A stretch of 64,000 nt of DNA from assembly GCA_965222155.1 (NCBI GenBank), contig CBDCTH010000012.1, forward strand, positions 736,001 through 800,000, given 5' to 3'. The DNA comes from Gammaproteobacteria bacterium (lineage in GTDB: Bacteria > Pseudomonadota > Gammaproteobacteria > Eutrophobiales > Eutrophobiaceae). This document shows positions 1 through 10,115 of this stretch, piece by piece; the first letter of the stretch is position 1, and each line of letters starts with the position of its first letter. A model generated the notes under the pieces. That model saw nothing but the letters and a program-made list of their open reading frames with translations. It ran no database searches and was not told where the DNA came from. Position numbers and translations under genes: made by a program.

Positions 1-662
1 TCCGGACTGGGAGACATAATCACGCGCAGGTCCGTATCCGAGATATCCTGTGTTTCTTCAAGAATCGCCGGTATTACGTGAGGCATGATCCCATCCCAAC
101 GCGCGGCCCGGCGTTGGCCCGGTTTTGCCGGTAACATGGCGGCAACCCAAACCGGAATGCGCGGGCGTTGCACTGGACGCGGGAGTAGTCTGGCGTCCTT
201 AATCCGGTACATTTCTCCATCGAAGTTTACCGCTTCTCCCGTATGCAGTTTTTCCATTATGGTGACACCTTCGTCCGTTTTCCTCGCCAGCACTTTCTTA
301 TCAGGGTCTTCCCCGAAGTTCGAAAATTCCTGATCCAGACCTCCCAACCCGATCCCAATGCGCAGGCGGCCGCCCGATAATTGATCCAGGCTGGCAAACT
401 CCTTTGCCAGCTTCCATGGTCGTCGGCGGGATACCGGTGTGACCATCGCCCCGATAATGACCTTCTTTGTAACTGCAGCGATCCCACCAAGCGTAACGGT
501 AGGATCTGCAAGCGCCAAGTGGCCCCCGGGATCCAGAAGCAAATGGTCACAGATGAAATAACCGTCCCAACCGGCCTCTTCAGTAATTCTGGCCAGGTCC
601 AACAGGTTATTCGGGTCGGAATATTCGTGGATGGTCGGGGCGACGAATACTGCTTTTTTCAT
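1..662 (-). CDS. LLM-class (luciferase-like) flavin-dependent oxidoreductase, 3' end runs off the window
   Basis: Not in ORF track; manual translation from ATG 662: MKKAVFVAPTIHEY...EEAGWDGYFICDH...VTPVSRRRPWKLAKEFASLDQLSGGRLRIGIGLG...PRPVQRPRIPVWVAA, typical LLM motifs. Confidence 0.88.
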   Translation of the reverse strand, partial: MKKAVFVAPTIHEYSDPNNLLDLARITEEAGWDGYFICDHLLLDPGGHLALADPTVTLGGIAAVTKKVIIGAMVTPVSRRRPWKLAKEFASLDQLSGGRLRIGIGLGGLDQEFSNFGEDPDKKVLARKTDEGVTIMEKLHTGEAVNFDGEMYRIKDARLLPRPVQRPRIPVWVAAMLPAKPGQRRAARWDGIMPHVIPAILEETQDISDTDLRVIMSPSP

Positions 663-698
663 GGATAACAATCTTTTTATTAAATTCCTGCTCGTGTC

Positions 699-1928
699 TC
701 AGGTGCCCAGACTGACGATATCCGTCGGGAAAGTAGGTAACAGGTCGCAACCGTCCTTTGTGACATGCACGTAGTCTTCACCGCCGTATACCCTGTGGTG
801 ACCCAACTCATCAGTTTCAAACATCCAGCACTCGACGGCCAGCACCATATCTTCCTTCACCACGAATTTTTCACCGAGAGCGATCGCAGGAGGTTCCTGA
901 CCGTCCAGTCCGACACCGTGTCCGCCCTGGTCCAGGGAACAGTGCAGGCCGCCGTCCTGTAATGTCTGGTTGATGGCATCCATGATCTCACCTGTTGTCA
1001 CACCTGGTTTTGTGACTTGCGCGGCGACTTCACGGCCGCGGTCCAGGACTTGTATCTTGCGAATCTCCTCATCCGGCGCCGGCCCCATATGAAAGGTGCG
1101 GCCGGAACTTCCCCAGTAACCCTTGACTTCAGGCAGCGGTTCCAGCACCAGGCGATCGCCCGGCATCAGAGGAATGCCTTCATCCCAGGCCGGGATGTCC
1201 GCCATGAATACCTTGCGGCGGCTGGCCATACAAAGACAAGGTTTACATTCATCCGCATATTCGAGGAGTTTTTGCCGGACAAACAGACCGACGTCTTTCT
1301 CGGTCCAACCCCACTCAAAATTGGCAACCAGGTCGTGGTACGCTTTGACGTCAGCTTCACATGCGATCTTTAACGCCTCTACCTCCAACAGCGACTTGAT
1401 CATCCTGACGTTCCAGATCTGGTCTGCGGCATAGACAAACTCCACGTCCGGAAGCGCAGCGCGAAACTCATCGATATCGTTGATTGGCCTTGGAATGGTC
1501 ATGCCCCCTTTGATGCCACCCTCGATTCCAACCCGGCCCTTGCTGCTGCCCATAAGTTCCTTTGCGACATCCGCTACCTCTCTTGGCAGGCCCCTGAGAT
1601 GTGCGGTCACGTGCGGATGGTGCTGGCAGCGAATATCCTCAATAAAGGTATAACCCTCTACCACACCCTGGAAAAAGTCCGGCACGATCATTACTGGTTC
1701 CTTATCGACGGCAATCAGCAGTACGGCGGGGCATACTGTGACCGGCGGCCAGTGATTCGAGTAAAAGCCGGTGAAGTAACGGATGTTAATGTCGCCCCAC
1801 ATGACCATCACATCCAGCCTGGCCGCTGCCATTTCTTCTTTCAGTCGGCGAACGCGGTCCTCAAACTCGGGCCTGGGAAAAGGTGCATACGGGGGCTGCG
1901 CATAGAATCGTTCCACTTTATTAAGCAT
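699..1928 (-). CDS. M24 (Xaa-Pro peptidase/creatinase-fold) hydrolase
   Basis: Creatinase_N-like start (EFEDRVRRL...NIRYFTG), RMIKSLLEV, GHGVGL, AVE, GED motifs. Confidence 0.82.
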   Translation of the reverse strand: MLNKVERFYAQPPYAPFPRPEFEDRVRRLKEEMAAARLDVMVMWGDINIRYFTGFYSNHWPPVTVCPAVLLIAVDKEPVMIVPDFFQGVVEGYTFIEDIRCQHHPHVTAHLRGLPREVADVAKELMGSSKGRVGIEGGIKGGMTIPRPINDIDEFRAALPDVEFVYAADQIWNVRMIKSLLEVEALKIACEADVKAYHDLVANFEWGWTEKDVGLFVRQKLLEYADECKPCLCMASRRKVFMADIPAWDEGIPLMPGDRLVLEPLPEVKGYWGSSGRTFHMGPAPDEEIRKIQVLDRGREVAAQVTKPGVTTGEIMDAINQTLQDGGLHCSLDQGGHGVGLDGQEPPAIALGEKFVVKEDMVLAVECWMFETDELGHHRVYGGEDYVHVTKDGCDLLPTFPTDIVSLGT

Positions 1929-1992
1929 TTGTCATGTACCTCTTATGGCGGTGACTATGTAGTAAAAGCCGGCTGATGCAGGAATATCTCAA

Positions 1993-4482
1993 CTAGAAGA
2001 AGTAGCTTAACTGCACACCGAAACGCGCCCCGCGCTCGCGGCCGACACCGTTGGCATCGTGAACCACGTCCAGACTCGTGCTCAGGAATTCGAATGCGTC
2101 CATGTGCTGGCGCTGCTCATCGGTCACATCGCGGCCGTAAGCAGCCACTTCCCAGTTGCCGTCGGGTGGGGCAATTGCCAGCCGCAAGTCAAGACGTTCC
2201 CAGGAATCAACCTGATCCAGCGGGTCACCACTGATACCGAACAGGCGATAACCGTCACTGAATATAAGGTTGGCGCTGGCGGTGACCTGAAAACCACCGA
2301 TGCTCATACGGTAGTTCGGCTGCAGGTTCACTGACCATTCGGGTGAGAACGGCAGCTCCTCTCCGGCGCCATCAATGAAGCACGGGGCAAACGGGTTCAT
2401 GGCCGCTATCCTTGCCAGTTTGCTATCCAGAGAATTACACTCAGCGCCATTGTAACTGTCATATTCGGCCTCGGTGTAGTTGCCGGCAAAGCCCAGGGTA
2501 AAGTTATCGGTGATAGCCCAACGGCCGTCGATTTCAACGCCTGTGGTATGTGAGGCGGCGGCGTTTTGGGTGATGAACTGTCCGGTCGTATTGTTGAAAA
2601 TGGTGACCTGCAGTTCGCTGAAATCGGTATAAAAGCCTGCCACGTTCAGGGCCAGTCTGCCATCGAGCAACAGCGCCTTGATGCCACCTTCCCAGCCTTC
2701 CGCTTTCTCCGGTTTGTAAGAGAAGGGATTCGGGGCGCCGCCTGTGACCGGCGGTGACTTCACAAAACCCCCGGCCTTCAATGCCTCGGAATATTTACCG
2801 TAGAGCATAATCTCGTTGCTCACGTCCAACTGCAAACCAACCTCCGGCAGAAAGTCGCTGGCATTGGATTCGTCAGATACCGGAGGTACAAAGGGAACAG
2901 CGGGGCCGAATTCAGTTGCGCCGATAGGCAGGAGCGACAGATGCGGGTTCTCGGTACCTTCTTTTTCGATGTCCACATAGCGCCCGCCGACGTTGATGCG
3001 GATATTGTCGGTCACATTGAACGTCGTGTTGAAAAACCCGGAGATCCAGCGTGAATCCTCAACCAGCGGACCACCGAAGCTGATGGCGCTGTGCAGCGTC
3101 GGGTCCAGGGCGGGATTGCGCGGGACAAAGCCCATGGAAAAGAAATGAGGCAGGTCGAACAGCCACGGCAGGTACACATCGACCTGCGTCGTCATGTCAT
3201 GTTCCTGATAATAGGCGCCGACCATCCAGACGAATCGTTGATCCTCCGGCGAGCTGAACCGGACCTCCTGGGCGAACTGTTCGAAGGATTCGTCGCGCTC
3301 ATCGGCAAACACTGCAAAACTACTCATATCCGGGTCCAGAATGTCGTATTTATCATATTCCACGTAGGACGTGGTGGAACTCATCACGATACCGCTGCCG
3401 CCGATATCCCAGTTAAACGCCAACAGGCCGACGTCAGCCTTGTGCTCACGCCGCTCCTGTTCGTTGTATATGCGCGCGCTGTTCAGGCCGCGGGAAACCG
3501 GGCTGAAGGGAGCGCCCCAATAGTTCGGGCTGCCGAACACGGCGCCGCTGGCAGCATTCAGTTCATCCATGACCGCGCGTACATCCTGCGAGCCGCCGGA
3601 ACCTACCACACCGTCCAGCCTGTTCAAATCGATACCGTTGTATGCGGCATCCAGCGCACACAGCGCCCCTGTGAAGGGAGCCAGGGCCGGATGAGAGCTA
3701 CTCAGGGCAGGCCGTGTTTCACAGCGGGTATATTCAGTCGGCACACCGATCTGGGATACGTCCTGGTGCTCGTACTTGAACGTCACTTCAAAATCATCAG
3801 TCGGGGTCCAGACGCCGAGAACCCTTATCCCCCAGTTTTCCTTGACGCCCAGTTCCTTGCCGGTCAGTACGTGTTTATAGCCGGCGTCGTTTAGTTCGTA
3901 ATAGCGCCCGGAGACACGAATACCAAACGTATCCGACAGCGGGCCACCAGCGGCGGTTTCTATGCTGAGTTCTTCATCGGTGCCGTAGGCTGCGGAAATA
4001 TTTCCCTCCCACTCGTCGCCGGGTCTGCGGCTGATATAACTCAGCGCGCCCGCAGTGGCGCTCTGGCCGGCGAATACAGGAGCGGGACCACGGATCACCT
4101 CAACCCGTTCCAGGTCAAAGAAGCTGTTCTGGCTCATATTATCGCGACCGTAATATACCCCGTCGTGGAATTGCGCGACCGCTTGTTCAAATGCTTCATT
4201 GGCAACCGTGGTGCCTATGCCGCGAATGACGAGGTTTTGACCGACAAGTGAATCCGACATGAACAAATTCGGCACGAAGCTGGACAGGTCCTCCATATCG
4301 GAAAATCCGCCGGCCTTTATATCGTCACCTGTGATCGCCAGTATCGAAATCGGTACGTCCTGCAGGTTCTGCTCACGTTTCTGTGCGGTAACGATAATTT
4401 CTTCCAGTATCTGTGCCTTCAGTGGTGTTGCGATGACAAGGGCCAACGCCAAACTCAAAGCCACCTTGGAATTCTTAATCAT
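1993..4482 (-). CDS. TonB-dependent outer membrane receptor
   Basis: Signal peptide, LEEIIVTAQKREQNLQDVP, DLERVEVIRGP, C-terminal Phe; start moved to ATG 4482 with GGGAG RBS. Confidence 0.93.
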   Translation of the reverse strand: MIKNSKVALSLALALVIATPLKAQILEEIIVTAQKREQNLQDVPISILAITGDDIKAGGFSDMEDLSSFVPNLFMSDSLVGQNLVIRGIGTTVANEAFEQAVAQFHDGVYYGRDNMSQNSFFDLERVEVIRGPAPVFAGQSATAGALSYISRRPGDEWEGNISAAYGTDEELSIETAAGGPLSDTFGIRVSGRYYELNDAGYKHVLTGKELGVKENWGIRVLGVWTPTDDFEVTFKYEHQDVSQIGVPTEYTRCETRPALSSSHPALAPFTGALCALDAAYNGIDLNRLDGVVGSGGSQDVRAVMDELNAASGAVFGSPNYWGAPFSPVSRGLNSARIYNEQERREHKADVGLLAFNWDIGGSGIVMSSTTSYVEYDKYDILDPDMSSFAVFADERDESFEQFAQEVRFSSPEDQRFVWMVGAYYQEHDMTTQVDVYLPWLFDLPHFFSMGFVPRNPALDPTLHSAISFGGPLVEDSRWISGFFNTTFNVTDNIRINVGGRYVDIEKEGTENPHLSLLPIGATEFGPAVPFVPPVSDESNASDFLPEVGLQLDVSNEIMLYGKYSEALKAGGFVKSPPVTGGAPNPFSYKPEKAEGWEGGIKALLLDGRLALNVAGFYTDFSELQVTIFNNTTGQFITQNAAASHTTGVEIDGRWAITDNFTLGFAGNYTEAEYDSYNGAECNSLDSKLARIAAMNPFAPCFIDGAGEELPFSPEWSVNLQPNYRMSIGGFQVTASANLIFSDGYRLFGISGDPLDQVDSWERLDLRLAIAPPDGNWEVAAYGRDVTDEQRQHMDAFEFLSTSLDVVHDANGVGRERGARFGVQLSYFF

Positions 4483-4628
4483 GGATGCTCCCCAATTAGT
4501 ATTCAGGAAAAATACTAACAACAATACTCAGTTGAAAAACCAACCATAAGGCCGGTTTCTTTCAACAATATTACCCTTACCTAGCCGTAAGTATGGGTTT
4601 GTTCTGAATCTTCCCTCGGGAATATCGC

Positions 4629-6095
4629 TTACGTTTGAAATCCTGGTGGTATCTGAAATCCGCCTGTCTGCTGTGTCAGCAATCTCACGAAATCAATCGT
4701 GATGTAATCGTTGTATTCTGCACTGATAGCCTGAAGACCAATCGGCAGGTCATTTTGCGTCAATCCGGTTGGAAACACGGTACTTGGCAGATAAGACACC
4801 GTACTCATCCCTGCCCAGAACATAGGCTGAAAGTACGATTGAGGAACACCGTTCACTGTCAGCATGCGCTGATGAAGCGGGCTATGGTCGTGGTTAAAAG
4901 CCGGTATGGTAAATACCGGACAGATCAATATGTCCCATTCATTAAAGAACTCCCGCCAGGCATAACGCATATATTCACGCTGGTTATTATTCTGAAGCCA
5001 ATCCCGGTGACTGAGTACACGAGAGCGCGCGACGATAGCTGAGTCAGATAAATCATCTGATGGGAAGGAATCGGCAAGCTGACAGGCCTCGAGATACTGC
5101 TCGTCAGGAATCCCGTCTGACGTGAGCGGCCACATCAAGTTCAAAAATATTTCCTGATTTTTTCTGAAATCAATAGCCGGCAATGCCTGGTCGGATACCT
5201 TCGCGCCGAGTTTGGCAAGGATCTCACCCACACCCGCAACACGGGAGGTTATCTCCTCATCAACCGGCGCAATTTCATAGTCTGACCAGATAGCAACTTT
5301 GTATTCTTCAAGAGATTTTTTACCAGGGCGCGGTAATCGGAGGCGCCAGCCCGGCTGATTTAATGGCTGGGCTCCGCCAAGCAAATCCATGGTAAGTCTG
5401 AGATCCTCTATACTACGCGCCATTGGCCCAACTACGCCAAGGTCCGGCGAAGCAACGACGCCAGGCATAGCGTGCCCCTGGTTAGGTACTACACCCCAGG
5501 TGGGTTTGTGACTATAAAGACCACAAAAATGCGCGGGCACGCGGATGGAACCTGCCATGTCAGAACCAACTTCCAGGGCACAAAGTCCCGCTGCCAGTGC
5601 TGCAGCCGAGCCTCCCGAAGAGCCTCCAGGAGAACATGACAGATCCCAGGGATTATTCGTTACCCCGAATATATCATTGTAAGTTTGAATATCACCAAGT
5701 CCGAATGGAACATTAGTCTTTCCCATGAATACCGCACCGGCCTGCCTGACCCGTTTGACAACTTCAGCATCGGCATCGGCGATATTGTCTTTTAAATCAG
5801 GTATACCCCAGGTAGTTGCTAACCCCGCTATGTTAAACGCTTCCTTGACAGTAACAGGAACACCATGCAAGGGTCCTGCTATATTGCCCCTGGCTAACTC
5901 CTTGTCTGCCTTTGAAGCTGCTGCCAGCGCCCTGTCAAAATCCCTGACTACGACGGCGTTGATTCTACCGTCCAATTTCTCGATGCGATTGATAAAGTGA
6001 TCTGTCAATTCCAGGGAACTGATTTCCTTATCCCGGATTTTGCGGGCTAACTCGACGGCACTCAGAAAAGCAAGTTGACTCATAACTCGTCTCAC
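4629..6095 (-). CDS. Amidase-signature family hydrolase
   Basis: GPLHGVPVTVKE, GGSSGGSAAA, GSDMAGSIRVPAHFCG. Confidence 0.93.
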   Translation of the reverse strand: MRRVMSQLAFLSAVELARKIRDKEISSLELTDHFINRIEKLDGRINAVVVRDFDRALAAASKADKELARGNIAGPLHGVPVTVKEAFNIAGLATTWGIPDLKDNIADADAEVVKRVRQAGAVFMGKTNVPFGLGDIQTYNDIFGVTNNPWDLSCSPGGSSGGSAAALAAGLCALEVGSDMAGSIRVPAHFCGLYSHKPTWGVVPNQGHAMPGVVASPDLGVVGPMARSIEDLRLTMDLLGGAQPLNQPGWRLRLPRPGKKSLEEYKVAIWSDYEIAPVDEEITSRVAGVGEILAKLGAKVSDQALPAIDFRKNQEIFLNLMWPLTSDGIPDEQYLEACQLADSFPSDDLSDSAIVARSRVLSHRDWLQNNNQREYMRYAWREFFNEWDILICPVFTIPAFNHDHSPLHQRMLTVNGVPQSYFQPMFWAGMSTVSYLPSTVFPTGLTQNDLPIGLQAISAEYNDYITIDFVRLLTQQTGGFQIPPGFQT

Positions 6096-6128
6096 AGATT
6101 ATAGGATTTGATAATTGCGGATTCCGGC

Positions 6129-8861
6129 TTAACTTATCAGGCCGCTGTTTCTGGCCGTAGCTACGGCGAGGGTTCGATTGGTGACATGTAGCTTGCTGAA
6201 TATATTACTTACATGAAATTTCACCGTTGCCTTGGCTATAAATAAGTGCTCTGCAATTTCAGTGTTTGTTTTTCCCGCAGATACTAATTGCAACACTTCA
6301 AGCTCACGTTTGCTCAGCGCCTCTACATTGACGATACGGTTCTCATTGTGATGTGTCATGTGGTCAGGTGTCATACAAAAAGCTCTCACAGAAGAATATG
6401 TGCCCAATATTTTTTCGATATATGCTGAGACCTGGATTGTAATCGACTTGTTCTTTAAACAGTCATCCAACAACTCCCTGATTATCTCTCCTTCGTCGAT
6501 AAAGGTACGCAATAGTCCGGCCGGTTTAGCCAACTTGACGGCCTGTTCTACCAGGTTGACCGCCTGAGCATGGTTATCTTGCAACTTAACGATTTGTGCT
6601 TCCAGAAGCAGGCAATCAAGTACTGCTTGATAAGCCTTGTATTGCTCTGCATATTTACGTAAATATATAAGCCGGTCCCGAGCGTTATCGGGGTTGTTCT
6701 CCAAAATACCCAGGCGAATTTTGTTAGCCCGCTCAAAAAAATCGCCAATATCCCAATTATCAGGGATGGTATCTGCTGCCGGAGAACGGTGATTTGCAAG
6801 ATCAGAATAAGCTGCTCCGCTGTTGCGGATTTTCCTGGCAAGCAGTAATCGTTCTCTTTCAACCCAGGCAGGAAACAAGTTGCTTATACACTGCTTTGAA
6901 CGAAACAGGCATCGGTTCAATGCATTATAAGCAGCATCCCAGTCTCCTGTGGCGCTATAGCAACGGGAAAGAGTGGCGTAACCGTAACATGAAAAAATCG
7001 GTGGGCCAATCTCTTCAATGAGCAGCAGATTAGAGTTTAATAGTTCCTGCGCCTCCTCGACTCTGTTCCATTCATAACATACTGTTGCACGCATAGTGCT
7101 GGCCAGGGCGCGCGCAAAAATATTGCCGCTAGCGACATCTTTTGCAGCTTCTTCCGAGCGCTCAAAAACCCGATAAGCGTCTTGATAATTTAGCTGCTGA
7201 ATGTCTACTATCCCTGCAAAACCATCCACTACTGCCATACCATAGCACTGTTTATTTATGGAAAAATACTGCCACGCTTGAGCCAGCAACTTTTTACTTT
7301 CCTCAAAACGGCCCAGGCGAAATTGTGCATATCCCCTGAGGTCGTTCAGCGTTGCTATCATGAGATTATCTACGGGTTTATCATCCAACTGTTCGGTCAG
7401 TGCTAATAGCTGCGCGTTATCATCCTTCATAGCGGCTATGGATGCGGGTACAACGAGTGCCTCTGCTTCAAGAGATCTTAATTCTTCATGGTCAACATCA
7501 CCTGAAGCGTCGGCTAACTCCATCAACGCCTGATTAATCCGCGTATTAACAATTTCCGCATTCTGAATCCTGTTCATCAGGCACAGGGCAAAACCCTCCA
7601 GTATCAGGAGTCGCGGAAATCTTTCTTTAACAGCATCAGGGATATTACTGAGCCAGGTATATACTTGTGCTGTGGTTCCCATCAGTGACATGATCGCTAT
7701 CGCGTCCCGATGGATATCCTCTATGATCTCCAAATCGTTTGAGTGTAGTGCGTAATCAACCGCTTCCTTAATAAGTCCCTGGGCACGAAACCAAACTGCC
7801 GCTTTATGATATAAGTTCAATAGTTCATGCGGATATTGGCGTCGAAGCCTGCCAATGAGGAAATCATGAAACAAGTGGTGGTACCGGTACCAGTGTCCGT
7901 GTGTATCCAGCGGCAACGTAAATAATCCATCATTTTCCAGTTGTTCCAGAACACTTTGCGCATCATTTCGACCGGTCAATAAATTGCATATGTCCGCATT
8001 AAATCTCGATAAAATGGAAGTCTTCAGCAAGAAGTCAGTCAGGGGTTGAGATTGTTGTATTAATACATTATTGGTTAAATAATCTGCGATCTCATAAAGA
8101 TTGCCTGAGAAGGAAGCAATAAACTCATCGCGTTGAGCATAATTTTTCAATACCAGTGCCACCAGTTGCAGGCCGGCAGCCCAGCCTTCACTTTTTTCAG
8201 TGATGATCGCGATCTGCTCCCTGGTAAGCTGAAGTTTATGCTTACGCTCCAGGAACGCCTTGGCCTCGATACTGCTGAAGCGAAGCATACTGACATCTAC
8301 CTCAGTCATTTTCTCACTGACTCGCCATTTGCTCAGGGATAGCGACGGTACGATACGACTACCAATGACCAGTAAAAAATTCTCCGGAGACCAGTCAATG
8401 AGTCGCTCAATAAACTGGTGGATATCTACGGAATTGATATGCTGATAATCATCTATAAATAAAGTTATGGGTGTGCCGATCCTGATCAATTCATTGATTA
8501 TGTGATTAAGCGTAATAGTGATATCAGGTTGTAATCGACCTTCCATCCAATTCGCGGCATCCACCCAAAAGCCGTCGATGACTTCCTGATACGCGCATAG
8601 GACATATCTGATGAAGGTTGCCGGATCATCATCCAACTCATCGAGAGACAGCCAGCAAGCCGTTTGCCCATTGTCTGACATGAATTTATGCCACTGATAC
8701 AACAAGGTCGTTTTGCCGTAACCGGCAGGCGCATGCACCAAAGCCAAATTCTTTGTGCCAACCGTGTTCAATAGATTACTCAGACTGGGTCGTGTTATTA
8801 CTCCAGTCCTGTTTGCGGGCGGGAACAGTTTAGTTTTGATAATTAAATTATTTGAATGCAT
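6129..8861 (-). CDS. MalT-like ATP-dependent LuxR-family transcriptional regulator
   Basis: APAGYGKTT Walker A, SEGWAAGL, YRYHHLF, C-terminal LuxR HTH (LSKRELEVL...TVKFHVSNIFSKL). Confidence 0.93.
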   Translation of the reverse strand: MHSNNLIIKTKLFPPANRTGVITRPSLSNLLNTVGTKNLALVHAPAGYGKTTLLYQWHKFMSDNGQTACWLSLDELDDDPATFIRYVLCAYQEVIDGFWVDAANWMEGRLQPDITITLNHIINELIRIGTPITLFIDDYQHINSVDIHQFIERLIDWSPENFLLVIGSRIVPSLSLSKWRVSEKMTEVDVSMLRFSSIEAKAFLERKHKLQLTREQIAIITEKSEGWAAGLQLVALVLKNYAQRDEFIASFSGNLYEIADYLTNNVLIQQSQPLTDFLLKTSILSRFNADICNLLTGRNDAQSVLEQLENDGLFTLPLDTHGHWYRYHHLFHDFLIGRLRRQYPHELLNLYHKAAVWFRAQGLIKEAVDYALHSNDLEIIEDIHRDAIAIMSLMGTTAQVYTWLSNIPDAVKERFPRLLILEGFALCLMNRIQNAEIVNTRINQALMELADASGDVDHEELRSLEAEALVVPASIAAMKDDNAQLLALTEQLDDKPVDNLMIATLNDLRGYAQFRLGRFEESKKLLAQAWQYFSINKQCYGMAVVDGFAGIVDIQQLNYQDAYRVFERSEEAAKDVASGNIFARALASTMRATVCYEWNRVEEAQELLNSNLLLIEEIGPPIFSCYGYATLSRCYSATGDWDAAYNALNRCLFRSKQCISNLFPAWVERERLLLARKIRNSGAAYSDLANHRSPAADTIPDNWDIGDFFERANKIRLGILENNPDNARDRLIYLRKYAEQYKAYQAVLDCLLLEAQIVKLQDNHAQAVNLVEQAVKLAKPAGLLRTFIDEGEIIRELLDDCLKNKSITIQVSAYIEKILGTYSSVRAFCMTPDHMTHHNENRIVNVEALSKRELEVLQLVSAGKTNTEIAEHLFIAKATVKFHVSNIFSKLHVTNRTLAVATARNSGLIS

Positions 8862-9191
8862 CGTATTTCGGATAGTTACTCGCTAAAAAACAACCCGGCG
8901 GGAGTCATCGACATTCTCACCTGGAGTCGCAGTCGGCTCTTTTTCTACATCCTGATATATAACTTTAACCTATCAGATACTGGAATTCTTCCCCATAAAT
9001 ATGATATAACTACAATCAGTACTGTCTTCAGTTCCACAGCGCTTTTTCGTTGTTTCCTGAAACTGCATTATGGGATTATCGCAGATCTGCTTTTGGAACA
9101 ACTAAAGCTCCATTTATTAGTTTTAAATTACGTATTTTTGTCGTCTGCAATTATTGCAGGCGTGACCGAGTGTATTTTGGAGGTTATTGAT

Positions 9192-9914
9192 ATGGGAAGA
9201 GTAGCAGTAGTAACGGGCGGCACCCGGGGTATCGGCGGGGCCGTTTCAATTGCTTTGAAGGAGGCAGGCTATAAGGTTGCGGCGAATTACGTGGGCAACG
9301 ATGATGCAGCCGCTAAATTCAAGGAAGTAACACACATTGGTGTTTACAAATTCGACGTGGGTGAATTTGACGCATGCCGGGATGCCGTTGCCCGGATTGA
9401 AGAGGATCTCGGTCCGATAGATGTGTTGGTCAATAATGCCGGCGTTACCCGGGACGGCACCATGCACAAGATGGATTTCGAGCAGTGGGATAAAGTAATC
9501 CAGACCAACCTGGGTTCCTGTTTCAATATGTCTCGTTGCGTGATCGACGGAATGCGCCAGCGCGGTTTTGGTCGTATCGTAAATATCGGTTCAATTAATG
9601 GCCAGGCCGGACAATACGGCCAGGTGAATTACGCTGCCGCCAAATCGGGAATACATGGTTTTACCAAGGCATTGGCCCAGGAAGGCGCGGCGAAAGGGAT
9701 AACGGTCAATGCAATCGCACCGGGATATATCGATACCGATATGGTCCGGGCCGTACCGGAAAACGTATTGGAAAAGATCATTGCCAGGATCCCTGTCCGT
9801 CGTTTGGGAAAAGCCGAGGAAATCGCGCGTGGGGTATTGTTCCTGGTCAGTGATGAAGGCGGGTTTATAACCGGGTCAACTCTCAGTATAAATGGCGGAC
9901 AACACATGTACTGA
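9192..9914 (+). CDS. phbB: Acetoacetyl-CoA reductase (SDR)
   Basis: VTGGTRGIG, NNAGVTRD, GQVNYAAAKSG, STLSINGGQHMY; start at ATG 9192 after GGAGG RBS. Confidence 0.88.
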   Translation: MGRVAVVTGGTRGIGGAVSIALKEAGYKVAANYVGNDDAAAKFKEVTHIGVYKFDVGEFDACRDAVARIEEDLGPIDVLVNNAGVTRDGTMHKMDFEQWDKVIQTNLGSCFNMSRCVIDGMRQRGFGRIVNIGSINGQAGQYGQVNYAAAKSGIHGFTKALAQEGAAKGITVNAIAPGYIDTDMVRAVPENVLEKIIARIPVRRLGKAEEIARGVLFLVSDEGGFITGSTLSINGGQHMY

Positions 9915-9928
9915 GGGCGGAATAAGGT

Positions 9929-10052
9929 GGTAGCCCCTCCTCATCTCCTGCAGTTGGGGGGGCAAAGCAGGAGAAACGGGGAGCTACCAAGATAAAAGGG
10001 CATTCCAAACATATTATACAGTATCGCCGAGGAGGAGGATCGGAATGCCCTT
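9929..10052. ncRNA. Two long hairpins between convergent phbB and ald; terminator or candidate sRNA
   Basis: GGTAGCCCCTCC...GGGGAGCTACC and AAGGGCATTCC...GGAATGCCCTT stems. Confidence 0.35.
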
Positions 10053-10115
10053 CGTTACCTGTTACTTTATTTGGTTAATTTTATCGTTACAAGTTCCCTG
10101 TTACAAATTTTTTTT

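Noticed and set aside
8856-9191. 112-aa N-terminal extension of phbB in the ORF track
   Set aside because: AT-rich divergent promoter region; good RBS and family start at 9192
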